Of a stretch of 50,808 nt of DNA, positions 49,202-50,808 are shown piece by piece (position 1 is the first letter of the stretch; each line of letters starts with the position of its first letter). The stretch lies in sequence record DRR723986_1345. One strand, given 5' to 3'. The notes beneath the pieces were generated by a model. That model had not been told where the DNA came from. It did no database searches and worked only from the letters and a program-made list of their open reading frames with translations. Position numbers and translations under genes: made by a program.

Positions 49202-49237
49202 GTGTACCCTCAGTCAAGCCCTTGGTGTACCCTGAGT
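49202..49237. repeat. 13-bp direct repeat GTGTACCCT(C/G)AGT, putative integrase arm-type sites
   Basis: Copies at 49202-49214 and 49225-49237, about 75-110 bp inside the att core. Confidence 0.65.
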
Positions 49238-49242
49238 GGGCC

Positions 49243-50151
49243 TCATGCCCCGGCTCTCTGGACATCTGCGGCGGCAAGCCCAAAGCTGGTGTCGAGCCTG
49301 TCGAAGCTCACATGATCGCCTTCCTGCAGGGCGCCGAAGTTTGGGTTGCGAACCTCGGAGGCATGGAAGAAGTAGTCGAGGTCATCGGATCTGATGAACC
49401 CGTAGCGGCGGTCGGGGAATATCTTCTCAACCGCACCTCGGAGGCGCATCTTGCCGTCAACGTCTCTCAAGTATTGCTCGATCACGCGCGCTGCCTCTGA
49501 CATCTCGACACGGAAAAACTCTCGATCCGTGCGAATGCGATAGTCGGCGAGCATCTCATGAGCCCGCTTCTCAGCCGCCACAGGGTCACGCACCCGCCAA
49601 ACGCGCCTCGGACTTAGCGGATCAACCACGCCCGTTGCCCGGTTGATCTCCTCAACCCTCTTTGGAACGTCCCGGCTCGTTTGACCGATCTTCAACAAGG
49701 TCGGATCGGCTCGCGTGCTGAGCAGGTAGAGATACCCCATGCCGGGCTCTTGCGGCGGTTCATCATGGTTCACGAAATAGGAAAGGGCAGTCATAAGCCC
49801 GGCGCGTTGTAGCCGTTCACCAATGTGGGCCTGTTCTATTGGGTCATCTTCAACAAAAGCAGCGCGCCACGAAGGCAAGTCCGCAACAATCCACTTCAAA
49901 CGCAGCTTGCTCGGCAGCCCCATCCACAACCACACCAACATCCAGTCAGATTGGTCTTCTCGAAGGATGCGATTGCACAACCCCTTCACCTCGCTGACAG
50001 CACCCGGAGCATCTTCCTTTGGATTGGCGCCTCCTAATAAGTCGAGGACGCTCAAGGCGGCTTCCGTGTAGCGTTCAAGCACAGCGGGCTTCGGGGGCAC
50101 CATGCCAGTGCCTAAGTTTGGATTGCGTCCGTTCCGTCTATCAAGCGTCAT
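49243..50151 (-). CDS. T5orf172/MUG113-type GIY-YIG nuclease fused to a C-terminal cold-shock domain
   Basis: GYLYLL...LLKIGQTSRDVPKRVEEIN...AEKRAHEML...REFF, then GAVEKIFPDRRYGFI...YFFHASEV...LQEGDHVSF (RNP1/RNP2); GAGGGG RBS. Confidence 0.85.
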   Translation of the reverse strand: MTLDRRNGRNPNLGTGMVPPKPAVLERYTEAALSVLDLLGGANPKEDAPGAVSEVKGLCNRILREDQSDWMLVWLWMGLPSKLRLKWIVADLPSWRAAFVEDDPIEQAHIGERLQRAGLMTALSYFVNHDEPPQEPGMGYLYLLSTRADPTLLKIGQTSRDVPKRVEEINRATGVVDPLSPRRVWRVRDPVAAEKRAHEMLADYRIRTDREFFRVEMSEAARVIEQYLRDVDGKMRLRGAVEKIFPDRRYGFIRSDDLDYFFHASEVRNPNFGALQEGDHVSFDRLDTSFGLAAADVQRAGA

Positions 50152-50175
50152 CGCCGTGCGTCCCCCTCGGCAGCG

Positions 50176-50400
50176 TTACTTCTGAGCCTCTGGCCCTTCG
50201 ATCTCTTCAACAACAACCGCCTTGGTCAGCCTGATGAGGTCCGAGCGATCCTTCACGCGGTGGGCGAAGGCGTCGGCCTTGGACTTGTGCTGAGTGGTGA
50301 TCGCTATGTCCCCGTGGTGGCCGTCTGATCGGCGCAAGCGTGCAACCACAATGTACTTCTCCAAGGCGTTCTCCTTCATGGCGGTGAACACAATGGACAC
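50176..50400 (-). CDS. Small hypothetical protein (start 50400 or 50379)
   Basis: Co-oriented, ends 24 bp before the nuclease gene; no family recognised. Confidence 0.45.
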   Translation of the reverse strand: MSIVFTAMKENALEKYIVVARLRRSDGHHGDIAITTQHKSKADAFAHRVKDRSDLIRLTKAVVVEEIEGPEAQK

Positions 50401-50467
50401 CAGAGAGTGGACTCTGGGTCAACTATGGGGCGGGGCACATCGATTGATTGCGCTCCCGAGCAAACAG

Positions 50468-50808
50468 CTAGCTCGACTGAGGTGGATACATGCATTCGTC
50501 ATCCCACCCGTTGAACGGGCCATACTGCACGAAACTCCACTTGTTCCCGCGCTGCCTGCCATCAATGATCTGCACGCAATATTCGGAACGGAATCGCGGC
50601 CCTCCCGATGCGCGGTCGCTGTACTCGACAAATCCCCAAACCAAAATGTGAGCTTGGCCAGCAAGCATCCGCGCGACGTCCCTACTGCTGACGCTTGGTC
50701 CCTTAGTCATCTGAATAGCGCCGGGACCAATCGCTATTGGGGCCGCATACTCATCAATGCCCGTTGTGTAAGCAAAGTCTGTTGATTGCCGTTGAGAATT
50801 GACCCTGG
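50468..50808 (-). CDS. Hypothetical protein, 5' end outside window
   Basis: Frame of the 80-aa ORF stays open to the window end (...STDFAYTTGIDEYAAPIAIGPGAIQMTKGP...LVWGFVEYSD...RSEYC). Confidence 0.55.
   Translation of the reverse strand, partial: RVNSQRQSTDFAYTTGIDEYAAPIAIGPGAIQMTKGPSVSSRDVARMLAGQAHILVWGFVEYSDRASGGPRFRSEYCVQIIDGRQRGNKWSFVQYGPFNGWDDECMYPPQSS

Larger units (their letters stand above)
49112..50808. mobile_element. Left end of a tRNA-integrated genomic island or prophage (continues beyond window)
   Basis: att-like tRNA fragment, arm-type direct repeats, loss of host GC3 codon bias, orphan genes; no integrase within the window. Confidence 0.7.

Overview
GC-rich alphaproteobacterial chromosome segment. 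Gene content and regulatory motifs suggest Hyphomonadaceae/Caulobacterales; this taxonomy is an inference. Most of the window is core and niche metabolism: metA under a SAM-II (SAM-alpha) riboswitch, xerC, mnmC, a sigma54/PspF phage-shock locus, hpf-ptsN, fpr, lpdA, yebC, ymdB, motA, ompW, phaZ and a Zur-box-centred zinc uptake hub (ZIP plus zrgABCD-like). Lipid and aromatic-type enzymes are also present (oleate hydratase, carotenoid-cleavage oxygenase, Fe-ADH). Features the ORF track misses: metA itself (runs off the left edge), csbD, and two tiny membrane-peptide ORFs inside the psp operon. At about 49112 a 17-bp copy of a tRNA 3' end with nearby direct repeats marks the left boundary of an integrated element. 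Its boundary gene encodes a T5orf172-type GIY-YIG nuclease fused to a cold-shock domain, the best candidate here for an undescribed (possibly defence) system. All family calls come from motif recognition by eye; no searches were run.
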